64,000 bases of DNA from the NCBI RefSeq assembly GCF_018350175.1, contig NC_058368.1, positions 100,566,001-100,630,000 of the forward strand. Direction: 5' to 3'. This stretch comes from Felis catus. Its lineage: Eukaryota. Every line of letters starts with the position of its first letter. The stretch's first letter is position 1. Made by a program: the position numbers and the translations under genes. A model generated the notes under the pieces. It searched no databases and was not told where the DNA came from. It saw only the letters and a program-made list of their open reading frames with translations. Shown piece after piece: positions 25,101 to 37,771 of the stretch.

Positions 25101-25829
25101 GAGTATTTCTGCAAGGTGACTCTAAGCACTTGACATTATTTACATCCCTCAAGGACCTGAGCTCTCCAGACTCTCAAAACTTGATCATGCAACTACCTAC
25201 CTGGCGTCTACATTCCTAAGCAGCCTTTGGGTATTAATTCACGTTGCTCCATAGGGTAGATTATGCTGACCAGTAGACTAGAGTGTTCTGGTATGCTTGG
25301 CCTACCTTTCTTTGTAAATTTTCAGGTTTAGCATGCCAGTCCATTTACTGCTGTCTTCTGAGTTTGATTCGTGTGAGTCAGTTCTCTGAAACCTTACTAG
25401 TTTAATGATCTGGTAGAATTTTGTTGCCGATCATGTGCTGGTGATGAATGGCCCCTGAAGCCTTTGTTCTGGACCCAAAGCCCTGCCCCCTGTGGGCTCC
25501 CAGAGCAGCCAGAAAACCACTCTTTGGCTCCATTTCTCTCGAAGGAAGAAAAAATACTGTATTACACCTTTACATTCACTACTGATACATTTTGGAATGC
25601 CATTAAACACAAATGTTTCCCAGCAAAAAACCCACTCCTAAGCCACTGGTGGAAAATGGTGGTGGGAAAATGGTGGGATTTACCCCAGACACCAAAATGA
25701 CAAAGCAACATTGATTAGGTCTGAAACTGACCAAAGTCATCCATTCTCTGACTTTTTGCTTCCTTTCCAAAAACCCTACTTCTATTGGGATCTTGTTGAA
25801 TAATCAGATGCCTCTGAGTGGTAGGCTTA

Positions 25830-26030
25830 TTCATTCCTTCAACCAAAAAGCATTAACTGAGCATCTCTACCATGTGTTGAGTGCCATGGTGGGTATAACA
25901 TCCTGCCATACAGAACAGAAAAGTTGGCTGAGGAATTCAGATATTTTTAAATGCATAAATAAATGTGTTCTTATACATTGCAAGTAGATACATGAGAAAA
26001 AATGAATTGGATGTTAAAATAGAAAATAAG
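25830..26030 (-). mobile_element. L2 3' end fragment
   Basis: tcattccttcaac..cattaactgagcatct.taccatgtg. Confidence 0.55.
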
Positions 26031-26099
26031 CCCAGGAGAGGGGGTCCTGGTGTTAGATTGTAGAGCCTTCTCCCGCCAAGAGACATCTTTTCACGGGAC

Positions 26100-26230
26100 A
26101 TCTAATATATGTGCCTGTCTGATTGGGACAGTCCCAGTTAATGCCAGTTGTCCTAGCATTAATTATTAATAGAGCCTCCTTTTCCACTAAAAGTATCCTG
26201 GTTAAGGTAATAAATTATATGGTCACACTA
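26100..26230 (-). mobile_element. MER94-type hAT-Blackjack MITE
   Basis: gggacagtcccagtt.atgcc.gttgtcc.agc.ttaattattaatag...taaattatatggtcacacta matches the reverse MER94 consensus as recalled. Confidence 0.75.
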
Positions 26231-26759
26231 GTTTTGAAACAAAGTGGGAACTTCGCAAACCACTCGGTCCTATAAGCCTTAATGACTTGTAAGTACTTTG
26301 GAAAACATCCTGAGGTGAAGATAAGCATTAGTAGTGTAATGGGCTGAGATTAACTTCATTCCTGGCTTGATTGCAGGGCAAAAATCACAGCTTCACACGT
26401 AATGTATTTAAGGGCATGAAATCAATGTTGAGGGAAGAGAAATGAAGAAAGTACTCTTTGGGAAACAAAACCGGAAGCCTTTCAACATCGTGAAGACAGA
26501 ATAAGAAGAAGAGCAAAGCCCGAGGCCTTTAGCCTAATGGTAACCAAGAAACTTTTTCATATGAAAGCAGAGAGCAGAATGTAGTCATAAAACATGTAAG
26601 TGGAGGGAACCTTGGAAGTCAGTTTGCACAGATGCCCCCTCTTAGGCAAAACGATGCCACAGGACAGAAGTGTGAATGGTGTGCTTGAAGGCTGAGAATC
26701 ACTGGATTGTATCGTGCATAATACAAAGAACACGGGCACGGGCCTCCTGTGTTAGGGTC

Positions 26760-26900
26760 CCTGTTCGTTAATCACATGGCTCATTCTCTCTGCACCTCGG
26801 TTTCTTCAAATGGAATCCTAGGATCAAAATTCCCTCCCTACCATGTCCCCGGTTTGTTGTGAAGATTAAATGAAATCATACAAGTTCTCAAGGGCTTTGT
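26760..26900 (+). mobile_element. MIR fragment
   Basis: ctctctgcacctcggtttcttc..ttgttgtgaagattaaatga. Confidence 0.6.
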
Positions 26901-27529
26901 AGATTTAGTTGTTGGTAGGAAGACATCCACTAGCCTAGCCCACGTTCTAAGCAAAAAGGCCTAATGTTACCATGAAGATGTGGCAAAAAGTCTCCATACC
27001 CTTTCAAGTTGAGTAAAGGGGATCTTGATTCGGGTTTCACGGCTTTCCTATTCCTCCCTTCTCAGATCCCTCAAAATCACCGCGTCAAATACAAATAAAA
27101 GATGATAATTAGGCAACTGCCAAAAATTAGGGCTTTACATACACTCTGGTTTGGGCTGAGCAGGCCATATCTATAAAAGATACTATGCGCCATGGTTACG
27201 CAAATGTCTTCCCTTTCAAGGCTGGATTACTACAAACCTACACAGGTTCAGCAAGAGTTGCCCGGGAACAACTAAATACATTGTAAACAAGGAATGTGAA
27301 GTGGAGAGTGAAATATGAGCTTTCCAAATGAGCGTGGTAATACAGATTGGAGTCTAGAGTGAGCACTGGGAATGGCAGTACTGACCTGTCGAGAATCGGA
27401 GACTTGGAAAGCCCTACGGGATAGGCTAGTTGTTTGTTTTCAGACTGAACAAAATATTCTTGAATAAATACAAGAGATCTTTTAAAACCTTTATAAAGAG
27501 TTAAGTGAATCGGGTGAACATACTGAATG

Positions 27530-27903
27530 AGTTGAGGTACAAGGCCACAGGGACAAAAATGCTCAGGGACCAATACAATAGAAGTTTATCTTTGACTCCT
27601 GGAAAAATCCAAGCAGGGGCTCCTGGTTGTAGGAGTTCCACACAGTGGCTCAGGGACCCCCTTCTGTGGCCCTGAGTACCCCTACAGCCTCGCCATCAGT
27701 TGTCCCCAGCCCAGCCAGCCAGCCAGCCAGCATAAAGGGGGAAAGACTAGAAGACACACAGAAACGACATGGAGTGTCCTCTGATTTGCCTGGCGCTCAA
27801 GCTCATGGCCATGTCCACCTTCAAAAGAGTCTGGTAAAGGAGTTCTAGTTGGGAAGAAAAGAAGAACCTGAATTTTTATAAACAGCTAGCCTTGTCTGCA
27901 AGA
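27530..27903 (-). mobile_element. MLT1J/K-type MaLR LTR
   Basis: caatagaagtttat..ctcagggaccc..ccagcc..ggggaaaga..catggcc..acagctagc matches the reverse MLT1J/K order. Confidence 0.65.
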
Positions 27904-28888
27904 GATCAGATTTTTAGTGACGTAAATTCTGTACCAGGACCAACAGTAGATTGGAAGCAAGACAAAGAAGGGAAATAGACTATGAAATGACCCACTGTCA
28001 TTTCGCTGCCATGGCAGCTTTCCATGAGGCATTGTACGTAGCACAGGCCCCAGTTTTTTACAGAGCTGACAAAGCTCGAGCTAGCGACAGAGTATTTGTT
28101 ACTCCACTGGCAAATCCTTGGTCTAATACTTTGCTAGTAACAAAAAGGATCCGTTTAAGGTATCTTGGTTTTGTGATAGCATTAGAGAAAAGTCTTTGGC
28201 CAGATCCATTCCCCGTGACCTCTACAGAACCCTGGAATCCATAGGCTTTCTAGAACTTTTCATTTGAAAAGTTTATACGCCTTGGCAATGATTTGCAAGG
28301 AGCACAATTTTCAACCACAGAGAGTTTTAGGAACTCTAGACATTGAGACCCTTGGGCCCAAAACCAATTTAAGTTCCCTCCTACTTTTCTCATCATTCTG
28401 GAAGGTGATCCCTGACTTAGCCACAGACTGCTTTGGAAGTGGAGAGACCAGTGGGAAAGAAAGTAAGGCTTGGCTGCAGGGCCCGGAGTTTAAGTGAAAG
28501 GCAATACCTCAGGAAATTGCGAAACCACCCATCATTAAGTAGATGGTGTGAAGATGGAGAATATTATCTAAAAATACAAGACGCTGGAAGAAAAAGTGAC
28601 TTTTCAGCTACCATTTGTGTCTCTGATTGTCTGTCTGCCTATATTTCTCTTTCTCAAATGAGGGAGGAATAGAATTCCTACATTTAATCTTTCCTTAACT
28701 GAGAATTAATAGGATGATGTACCACAGACTTTAAATAGAACAAGAAAGAAAGTCTAAGGGGGTTTTAGGATAGAACATGGCAGGAGATGAGGCCACGTCC
28801 AATGGGCTGGCCCCTTGTGTTGGAATCATGGAGGTGACAGTTTTAACTCTTCTCCTACCGGGGGAACCAGACTCAGAAATACACCTCA

Positions 28889-29020
28889 GGGGCGCCTGGC
28901 TGGCTCACTTGGTAAAGTATGAGACTCTTGATCTCAGGGTTGTGAGTGTGAGCCCCATGTTGGGTGTAGAGATTACTTAAACATAAAATCTTGAAGAAAG
29001 AAAAAAGAAAAATGAAAAAA
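28889..29020 (+). mobile_element. Short tRNA-Lys-like Can-SINE (SINEC_c type)
   Basis: ggggcgcctggctggctca..tgtagagattacttaa; TSD agaaata(c/g)acctca. Confidence 0.93.
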
Positions 29021-29567
29021 AGAAATAGACCTCAAGTATCAGAATAATTTCTAATGAAGCTGGGTCGGGAAACAGAGCTTGGATCTATAACCACAGTAAG
29101 TTTGCTCAAAATTACACACTCCTATTCAGACCGACTTGCCCATCCACTTGCAAGGTTACTCATCTAAGAGGGAGTCCCCCAGAGCTGTCTGGAAGGATCT
29201 GGGAGAGGGGAGAGGGAAGGGATGTGGATACGTGGACGGAAGGGCAGACACACGAGAGGTTGAGACTTTGGAAAACAATAGATGACCTGAGATGCTTGTC
29301 ATCAGCTGTGGAACAGAGTTCAGAGGCAGAATGGATTTGGTCCTGACTTCGACAAAAATTAGGCCTTGCACACAGACAGGCCCAAGAGGGTCCAGCTGAG
29401 GGCAGGCCGGAGCCTCATCAACCATGGCTGGTTTTGCATCCCGCATTAAGGAGGGCGAGAGTCAACAGCAGAAAGCCATTGACCAGGAGCATGGGATTGT
29501 CACTGGGGGCTGTGGGATTGGCAGCAGCCTCCAGCTGGGCTAGGTTGCCTTTCTCCATGGTTAGCAG

Positions 29568-30305
29568 TGTTAAGGAAGAATTATTCCTGACCCTTGTTGA
29601 AGAACGGTAAGGCAGACTATTTAAAGAGACTATCGGGATAGATGTAGGGATCACTACAATGTGGTCTCGCAGTAGGGCAGAGAGTTTGGGCTCAACTCCA
29701 AATATAGCAAGGAAAAGAGAATTTATAGTCGAGGAACAGGATGGGGCTCAGTGGATGGGAAATTGTTAAGAAAACATCAGAAGTAAGAAGAGCTTATGAC
29801 CAAACAGGATTCTTGCTGAAGGTAGGCCAGATGATCACACATCAGCAGGGCTTATGTCGGGGAATGAGGAACTTCATCAAATGACCAAGGAGATCAGAGA
29901 TCGAGGGCATGAGATTCTGCCTAACTTGGCTTAGCAGGAGTCTTGCTAAAACTGGACAATCCGGAGGTGAACAAAGAAGTCCAAAAGTTGAGGCTTAGTT
30001 GAAAAGAGCTGGGGGGGGGGGGGGGGGCGCCTGGGTGGCTCAGTCGGTTAAGCGTCCGACTTCAGCTCAGGTCACGATCTCGCGGTCCGCGAGTTCGAGC
30101 CCCACGTCGGGCTCTGGGCTGATGGCTCAGAGCCTAGAGCCTGCTTCCGATTCTGTGCCTCCCTCTCTCTCTGCCCCTCCCCCGTTCATGCTCTGTCTCT
30201 CTCTGTCTCAAAAATAAATAAACGTTAAAAAAAAATTAAAAAAAAAAAAAGAAAAGAGCTCAGGGGAATCTGATGATAGTCTGGTCCAGGAGAGAATCTT
30301 TGTCA
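29568..30305 (-). mobile_element. MER31-type ERV1 solo LTR, complete, with an inserted SINE
   Basis: tgttaaggaagaattatt...ttgggctcaactcc..aacaggattcttgctgaagg.aggccag..gagaatctttgtca. Flanks gcag/gtgg fit a 4-bp gcgg TSD after CpG decay. Confidence 0.85.
30011..30250 (+). mobile_element. Young felid SINE with a G17 5' end
   Basis: CpG-rich body; perfect TSD gaaaagagct at 30001-30010 and 30251-30260. Confidence 0.96.
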
Positions 30306-30458
30306 GTGGACACATCTCCAACAGTTTCAGAATAGGGGGCGCTGACAGAAACCCCCAGCTCCTCCAGCCGAGCAGATGGTCTACAGCTATCTTCCGGTGT
30401 GAATTTGCCTCCAAAATCATTTTCAAAATATTTGAGGCCCTCAATGTCTATAAAACGT

Positions 30459-30546
30459 TATTAGGTTGAACCATATAAAACTGCCCGTTTTGAAGTGAAC
30501 AGTCTGCAAAATCAATTTCAGCGATTTCATATGACTCAACTTACTG
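30459..30546. mobile_element. MADE2-type mariner MITE
   Basis: tattaggttgaaccatataaaactgc ... gcgatttcatatgactcaacttac form inverted termini; about 85 bp. Confidence 0.75.
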
Positions 30547-31039
30547 CCAAAGCAGGCACTTGACATGGTCACTGTTGTGCAAGACACATCAGGGTTGAGG
30601 AACCCCTAGGGTCCTCCTAAAGCTCTTAGGGTTCAGGCTGTCCTCAGAGGACCCAAGAATAACCCTGATGATCATGGGCACTGAAATCCTTCAGATGATA
30701 GAACACGCTCCTGGTGTGGTGAATTCAGTGACCTAATCGGACCTTTAAACCTTGAAATTAGAATCCAAATTCCACCTGTCCTACTGTTAATGAATGACCT
30801 CACCACCTACATCTCAGAGAAAGGAGGGTATGGGGTAAGAAGGTCTGCAGTCTCTCACCCAGACACTATGGATTTGTCTACAGCTGAATTCACACAGATT
30901 ATCTGGATGTCTTTGACTCTACTGCTAAAGAATCAACTTGGAAACATCCATTCTGATTGCATTCTATTGAGCCACAATACAAATGGATGGCAGTTTGCAA
31001 CGACTGTATATAATTAAGTTCTCATACGGGAGCCTGCTA

Positions 31040-31395
31040 CCACCTACCCACCCTGCATACTGCCGCCGGGTGATCTTACTGAAATATAAACCAGAACGTG
31101 TCCTTTCTGTGATTTAAAGAACCAAGCCTGAACCTTGGTTGGGTTCAGGAGTCCCACCGCTCCCTTCTTCTCCAGGGTTACCCACCTGCAGCCTTTCCTT
31201 CGCCATGCTCCATTACTTTGCTTCCTGGAATGTGTCGTGCATTTCATGCTTCTGTGTTTTCCACATGCTAATTCTTCAGCCTGTGCGTTTTCTTCCTGTT
31301 GAGACTTTGCTCGGCTTGAGTTTTCTCTCTTCTCGACAATACTTGAATAAGATGCCCCTTCGCAGTGGTCCCATATCCTCTTATGCATACCTCCT
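31040..31395 (+). mobile_element. L2 fragment
   Basis: catactgccgcc.gg.tgatctt.ctgaaatataaac and ttcctggaatgt; pyrimidine-rich strand. Confidence 0.5.
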
Positions 31396-31405
31396 TCTTT
31401 GCTTT

Positions 31406-31612
31406 CGTGTTTTTAATGTTCATTTATTTATTTTGAGAGAGAGCGAGCTAGCAGGGGAGGGTCAGAAAGAGAGGGAGACAAAGAATCCCAAGCAGGCTAC
31501 CTGGTGTCAGTGCAGAGCAGGACACAGTGCTTAAACTCGTGAACCATGAGATCATGACCTGAGCCAAAACCAAGAGTCCCAGCGCTTAACTGACTGAGCC
31601 ACCCAGGCACTC
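31406..31612 (-). mobile_element. Can-SINE
   Basis: Reverse head gactgagccacccaggcac; TSD tc(c/t)ttctttg(c/t)ttt. Confidence 0.92.
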
Positions 31613-31879
31613 TCTTTCTTTGTTTTTATCTCACACTATATTTAGTCTTAGTTTACTAACTTATTTAACTGATAGGGCATTATAGGAGGTGGACACAATG
31701 CAGTTTGTGAAGGAACTACGTGAAATCACTTGTGCTCACAATATGAATGGAGAATAATTGTCTATAAGTTTCCAATTTTTTTTGCATGGTTCTACTTCAT
31801 AATGCTAAGATAGTTTACAATGTAAATTAATCTTTGCTAATTATTTTTGTGCACTGAAGCAGTCCTTCCAACTTTGATC

Positions 31880-32110
31880 AGAGCTAACAATGACTGGGTA
31901 CCTATTCTGAGCCAGGCACCATGCTAAGTGCTACCTATCTCTGGCTAAGTCCTTGAGGCTACCCTCAGAGTTCTCATTTTAAAAAGGAGAGAACAGAGTA
32001 GAGGTTCCCTTCCATTTCCTGGATTGATAAATATGGGTTTGACACGTTCTTTCGATTTGGGTTTTCACCTGAATTCCAACTGAAGCACTATAATCTAATA
32101 CTTGAAACCC
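31880..32110 (-). mobile_element. MIR fragment
   Basis: agctaaca..gccaggcaccatgctaagtgct..ctcattttaaaa. Confidence 0.55.
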
Positions 32111-32640
32111 ATGGCATCTTGGGACAAAAATGTAAATATTTCCATCTTCTAGTAATTCAGCCTCTCTCTCTCTCTTACCCCATCTACAATTTCTGCTTAC
32201 TTCAATAAGCACCTGGTGACATTTCTCCTAATTTGCCTGTTGTTTGGATCTTCCTTTTTTCTTCATCGAAGAGCTTAGAATCACTGCACAGCAATTGGTT
32301 CTCCAGTGCTAGCCGGATCGCTCAAAAGGTATATCCCTGCCTGGTGGATTTTCGATTGAAATAAAATAAGATGACAAGAAAGTACAGGGAAGATGAATGG
32401 CTTGAGCTGATGGGCAGCATTTGGAATTGGGTTTTGTTTTCTTCGAGAACTGCCCTGTCATTTTTCTTCGTCTTCTCCTGTCCCTGCTGCGTCTGTCTAG
32501 GGGATGTCTTTTAAAGTGAAAAATTGAGTAATAGCTTCATAAGAAGTCCTGAGAAAATGCCTCCTGGATTCCAACTTAGCCTCAATTCACATGACCCGCT
32601 CCATGGAGTAATGTGCTTTTTTTCTCTTTTATTCAATTAG

Positions 32641-32695
32641 GCCTCAATTATGACCCAGGAAATCAGCCTCTGGCCTAAATGGGAACAGCAAGCAG
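32641..32695 (+). other. Candidate 55-nt exon, host gene unknown
   Basis: Polypyrimidine tract ctttttttctcttttattcaattAG ending at 32640 and CAG|gtaaga donor at 32696. One open frame reads ASIMTQEISLWPKWEQQA. Confidence 0.3.
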
Positions 32696-33454
32696 GTAAG
32701 AAGCAGACAAGGCACACCATGCTTTTGCCTTGGACATCTCTCTGGATCTTTTGTCTCCTCTGGAAAGAGTTGTGATGTGGTAGTAAGTTCTAAGTTTTCA
32801 GAATCGTCTCCAAAGCTGTAAAGAGAAGCCTCCAGAGTCATTTTGCTAGGACTCAAAATAGGACACAGGTGAGGTTAGAGCAGGTGTATGCACGGGCATG
32901 CGCACACACACAGGGAGCTAAAGGAAACGAGAACAGGCAACCCTCCGTCTAAACCCCAAAAAATCAAAGGGTTGCAACAATCATTTTCACGCATTGAACG
33001 GTAGTGTGCAGAAAGTAAAATTTAAAAATAAACACTACAACACCAAGCTCCCATCACCTGCTCGCCGCCACCCCACCCCCCCCCTTCTTTCCCAGCAAAG
33101 GGACCAAGGCATCAGTCCCCTGCTAAGGGGGAGCTTACTGGAGCCACCTGCTTGATGATCAGAGTTGTCTGTGAAGTTATATAAGTATGGATCTTCTCCC
33201 CTGTGTATTCTGATTCCTGGTCTAGGAGAATCTATATTTTTTTAAAGCTTCATATATGGTGGACCTTACTGGCAAAAAACAAAAAACAAAAAAAAAAAAC
33301 AAAAAACAGAACTGGCAACAAGTGTAGAACTGGCAGGAGTCTTTTTGAAGATTCTCAGTAGTTCTTCTCACTTTCTGATACTCACTTTGCCTTTTGAATG
33401 AGGGGATATTGGGTAGAGCAGGCTTCCCCGGTCTGCAGCATGGGTTTTATCATC

Positions 33455-33776
33455 TTGCTCCTCCAAAGAACACTGGTATGGTCTGCATTTTGGGGAACTT
33501 AGTAGAAAAACAGAATCTCCAGCCTCACCCACAACTGAATCAGAATCTGTGTTTTAATAAGATCCCCACAGTCTTTGCCTGCACATGAAAGTTTGGGAAG
33601 CTTCCTGGGGCACCTGGGTGGCCCAGGCACTTCAGCGTCCAACTCTTGGTTTCAGCTCAGGTCATGATCTCACGGTTCGTGGATTTGAGCCCCAGATGAG
33701 GTTTCTTACTGGCAGTATGGAGCCTGCTTGGGATTCCTTCTCTCTCTTCTTCTCCCCCTGCCTCTCCCCAGTGTGG

Positions 33777-33815
<39 letters not shown>

Positions 33816-33875
33816 GTCTCTCTGTCTCTCTCAATAAATAAATAAAGTAAATAAGTAAGTTTGGGAAACTCTGCT
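33455..33875 (+). mobile_element. MER5-type hAT-Charlie MITE interrupted by a SINE
   Basis: cagaatctccagcctcaccc..actgaatcagaatctgtgttttaataagatcccca..gcacatgaaagtttgggaa. Confidence 0.78.
33607..33856 (+). mobile_element. Can-SINE
   Basis: Full body; TSD aagtttgggaa. Confidence 0.93.
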
Positions 33876-34536
33876 CCATCACTCCATCTCTGATAGGCAC
33901 TAAGGTGTTTTATGTAAGTCAACCTTAAGCCATGTTCCTCTGGGTTAGCATCTTTGTCTGAAAGTCTGCACGGTTCTAAACCCCTCCAGGGTTGGGCCTG
34001 CCCATTTGTTCTACCATAGAAAAGATGAAAGCTTGACCTTAAAGCTGAACTGCTGCTTTGAACCTCACTGTTGGCCTACAAAAATCCCTAAGGTCAACTG
34101 GGTCCTCCTCCAACCTGTTTTCATCAGGCTCATTTATAGCTGGGTTTCACTGCCCTTGTGGCGGGAACATGCTATTAAATGGGCACAACATTTCTGAGAA
34201 CAGCCGTTACTTAAAATTCCACCTGCGAGCTGCTCTCCCTTTGATGAAATGGAAGATCTGATGTGAAGTTGCTCGAGAAAAGCATGAAGATTGGTTACAG
34301 CTGCCCATGTGCTTTGCTGTTCATAGTCCAATGCTAACCAAGAGTCAGCGTATCCTTATAGAGGATACAGAAAACTATAGCACTGAAAAATTATTAACGT
34401 TGATGCTAAATCAAAATTCCAAATGAATAATGTATTTGATTAATTTAGAGTTTCCTATAAGAATTTATTCAAATAGTACCCTTTGATCTTTGGAGGAGTG
34501 AAGTACACATCCGTGAAATATTTGAAATACTGATAG

Positions 34537-34734
34537 ACTCAGTCACTTAAGTGCCCAACTCTTGGTTTCAGCTCAGGTCATGATCTCATGGATCGTGGGT
34601 TCAAGCCCCACATCGGGCTCTGTGCTGACAGTGCAGAATCTGCTTGGGGTTCTCTCTCCCTCTCTCTCTCTCTGCCTTCCTCCACTTGCTGTTTCTCATG
34701 CACTCTCAAAAATAAATACACTTAAAGAAAAAAA
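34537..34734 (+). mobile_element. Can-SINE, 5'-truncated
   Basis: Starts at ctcagtcacttaag; body and tail present. Confidence 0.9.
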
Positions 34735-34870
34735 TGGAAGTTCCAATAGAGAATAAATATTAAGAAATTGAAATCTGAGGCATTAAAGTGTACAATAAAA
34801 AAAGTGTCTAATAATGTCTCTCTTGGTTACACAACAGCTCAGTTGCAAGCTTAATAAAAAGGATTGTCCA

Positions 34871-35078
34871 GGGGCATCTGGTGGCTCATTCAGTTAAGCA
34901 TCTAAGTCTCAATCTTGGCTCAGGTCATGATCTCACAGTTGCTGGGTTCAAGCCCCACGTGAGGCTCTGCGCTGACAGCATGAAGCCTGCTTGGGATTCT
35001 TCTCTCCCTCTCTGTCTGCTCCTCCCCTGCTAGCTCACTCTCAAAAAAAATGTATAAATAAGCTTTAAAAAAACAGAC
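34871..35078 (+). mobile_element. Can-SINE
   Basis: TSD aaaggatt(g/a)tc. Confidence 0.92.
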
Positions 35079-35365
35079 AAAGGATTATCTGCTTATCAAT
35101 CAAAACCTGGCAACTTACTATGCTCGGGGGTTACTGTAGCTGGGGGGTTACTGTAGCTCTGGAGAATGGCCATTTCTCACTCAACATTTACTGAAAACCT
35201 ACTCTGTGCCTCATCGTGGGTGCTCAAGATACAGAGATGAGTAAGACATTGTTGCTGCCTTCAAAACGTTACAACCTACCAGAGCAAGGCATGTAAATAA
35301 CAATAATGTGATCAAGTTCTAAGAAGCATTTATGCTACAGGAATGCTCTCAAAAAGGAGGATCTA

Positions 35366-35592
35366 GGGGAGCCTGTGGTGCTTAGTCAGTTAAGCATCCG
35401 ACTCTTGATTTCCGTCCAGGTAGTGATCCCACAGTGGTGAGACTGACCCCCCCAAGTCAGGCTCCTTTCTGAGCATGGAGCCTGTTGGGAATGCACTCTC
35501 TCCCTGTCTGCCCTCATCCTCTTGTGCTCACTCGCACTCTCTCTCTCTCTCTCTCTCTGTCAAAATAAATAAACAAACATTAATCAAACAAA
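35366..35592 (+). mobile_element. Can-SINE
   Basis: Diverged full copy with (CT)n and tail. Confidence 0.88.
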
Positions 35593-35593
35593 A

Positions 35594-35734
35594 GGTGGCT
35601 CAGTCGGTTAAGCGTCAGTCAGGTAATGATCTCACAGTTTGTGAGTTTGAGCCCCGTGTCGGGCTCTGCGCTGACAGCTCAGAGCCTGAAGCCTGCTTGG
35701 GATTCTGGTTCTCCCTCTTTCTCTGCCCCTCCAC

Positions 35735-35790
<56 letters not shown>

Positions 35791-35813
35791 AATAAACGTT
35801 AATTTTTTTTTTT
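35594..35813 (+). mobile_element. Can-SINE, 5'-truncated, in the tail of the previous SINE
   Basis: Begins ggtggctcagtcggttaagcgtc; long (CT)n at about 35739-35787. Confidence 0.9.
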
Positions 35814-36104
35814 GAAAAGGATCTATTCCTCTTGGAGAGACTGCAATTTCATAGAGGATTTTGTTAAAGGATTTTCTAGACAGAGTGAGTAGAACCGTAA
35901 AGGAAAGGAAGCATGACCTAAGCATGTCACATTCACAGACCTATGGGAAATTTAATATGCTTGGAGTTTAATTTTGTGAGGGGAAGCAGGCAGATGCTGC
36001 TGGAGTGGTAGACCGGGGCTAGATGATGAGTGTTTATGTGTTTGGACGTCTTTTCCATGGGTTGATGAGAAGTCATCGAATATTTTTGATCAGGGAAAAG
36101 TATT

Positions 36105-36255
36105 CATTCCTGGGTAAGGGCCATTACATGAATTAATTCACCTGATTCTCAAAACAACTCTATGGGATAAGTATTGTCCCTATTTTGAGGTGAGGAACCA
36201 GGTGTAATGTTTATTGGCCAACAAGTGGCAGAGTATGGAGTCAAACCCGTCTGCG
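36105..36255 (-). mobile_element. MIR fragment
   Basis: ttacatgaattaattca..tctcaaaacaactctatgggataagta..tgaggaa..aagtggcagag. Confidence 0.65.
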
Positions 36256-37373
36256 TGCATCAATAAATTGACAAGCTAAGTAGAGATTCAAGTCTACCAT
36301 AGATAAAGCGAATGGCAAGTCATCAAGCCCCATGCTATGTGAAGTTGATTATGGCGGCAAGAGGAATTGGAGGAGGTAGGAATCTTTACGGGTTGGAGCA
36401 GCCAGAGACCTCTGCTCGGCAGTTGTGGGCTTTGAAGTTGGAAAGTGAGGACAGCTTGAGAAAATTAACTCCAAGACAGCTAAGCCCCTGCATCAAACCA
36501 TGCTGCCCTACCCAGTCTAATTTGTGTGTGTGCTGTTCTCTTCACTCACTGTTACATTCTTATCTCACACACCACACCCTCTCCTCATCAAAGCGTTTGC
36601 TTGCTCTCTTCTCAAATTTTCTTTCTTTCACCATTTCTCTAAAGAGGGGAGAAGAGAGGAGGAGGGAGGGTAGAGGCGAGAGAGCAGCGTCTCCTCGTCT
36701 TCTTCTTTGTATCCTATTGTATGGTCCTGGGAGATAGGAATCTTGTCTACACCACAGAGGAACTCTGAGCTGGATCCTCCTGGTTTTTGATATGTTAAAG
36801 GGGAAACCAAAAAAATCTATAAAATACCATCCCAAGCTAGTTGATAGGGTTATTCTTTCCACTATAAAATTCTGTGCATGTCAGGAGATGCAGAATATGT
36901 TGTTTCCACTGGCTTTGTTTTTGTAACCAAATCTTAATCTTCCTCAGGCAGATGGTTGCCTCAGGTGGATCAGGCAAAATTAATGTGCGCACAGACAAAG
37001 CAAAGAAAGCATAAAATTATAAAAGTTTGTCCCCAGGATATATCATGGGTGGTGACTTTAAGAAATATTTTAGGATCATGGAAAAATGCTGAGACTCCAG
37101 AATGCTGTAAATTTACTTAAAAATGTCATTTTTATCCAAACTCTGGTTACCCCTTACCATGGGATAGAGCTGCAGATTTAAGAATATTTGCAAACATGTC
37201 TTCCCATTAGGATGAAAACATCTCCACAGTCACTATATACTCAGTCACACTCTCTTACAGTACAAGGTACCACCCCTTCACCTCAGCCCACATTTTATGT
37301 ATAGCTCTACTCCACAGATAAATCCATATTCTTACAAAGACATATATGGACATTCACATATACACACACTTAC

Positions 37374-37387
37374 AAAAGGATATATAC

Positions 37388-37424
<37 letters not shown>

Positions 37425-37734
37425 CGTGTGTGTGTGTGTGTATGCATCTATATAAGAATATACATATAGGGGCACCTGGGTGGCTCAGCAGGTTAAACAT
37501 CTGACTCTTGGTCTCAGTTCAGGTCATGATCTCATGGTTCGTGGTTTCCAGCCCTGTGCTGGGCTCGGTTCTGCAGCATGGAGCCTGCTTGGGATTCTCT
37601 CCTCTCCTTCTCTCTCTATTCCTCCTCCACTTGTGCTCTCTTTCTCTCAAAATAAATAATTTTTTTAAAAAGGATATATATATATATATATATGCACATA
37701 TATAAGAATATATATGCGCACCTATATATGTACG

Positions 37735-37771
<37 letters not shown>

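Larger units (their letters stand above)
35175..36095 (-). mobile_element. L2 3' region interrupted by two SINEs
   Basis: tcaacatttactga..acctactctgtgcc..gatacagagatgagtaagaca..ctgccttcaa. Confidence 0.7.

Noticed and set aside
28889..29020. tRNA-Lys gene (also 4283-4526, 21776-21862, 46457-46545)
   Set aside because: These have SINE heads, the tgtagagattactt A-rich tail and, where intact, TSDs, and I see no intact acceptor stem. They are tRNA-derived SINEs.
30326..30385. CTCF sites (AGGGGGCGCTG and GCAGATGG)
   Set aside because: Each lacks key core positions, so these are partial matches only.
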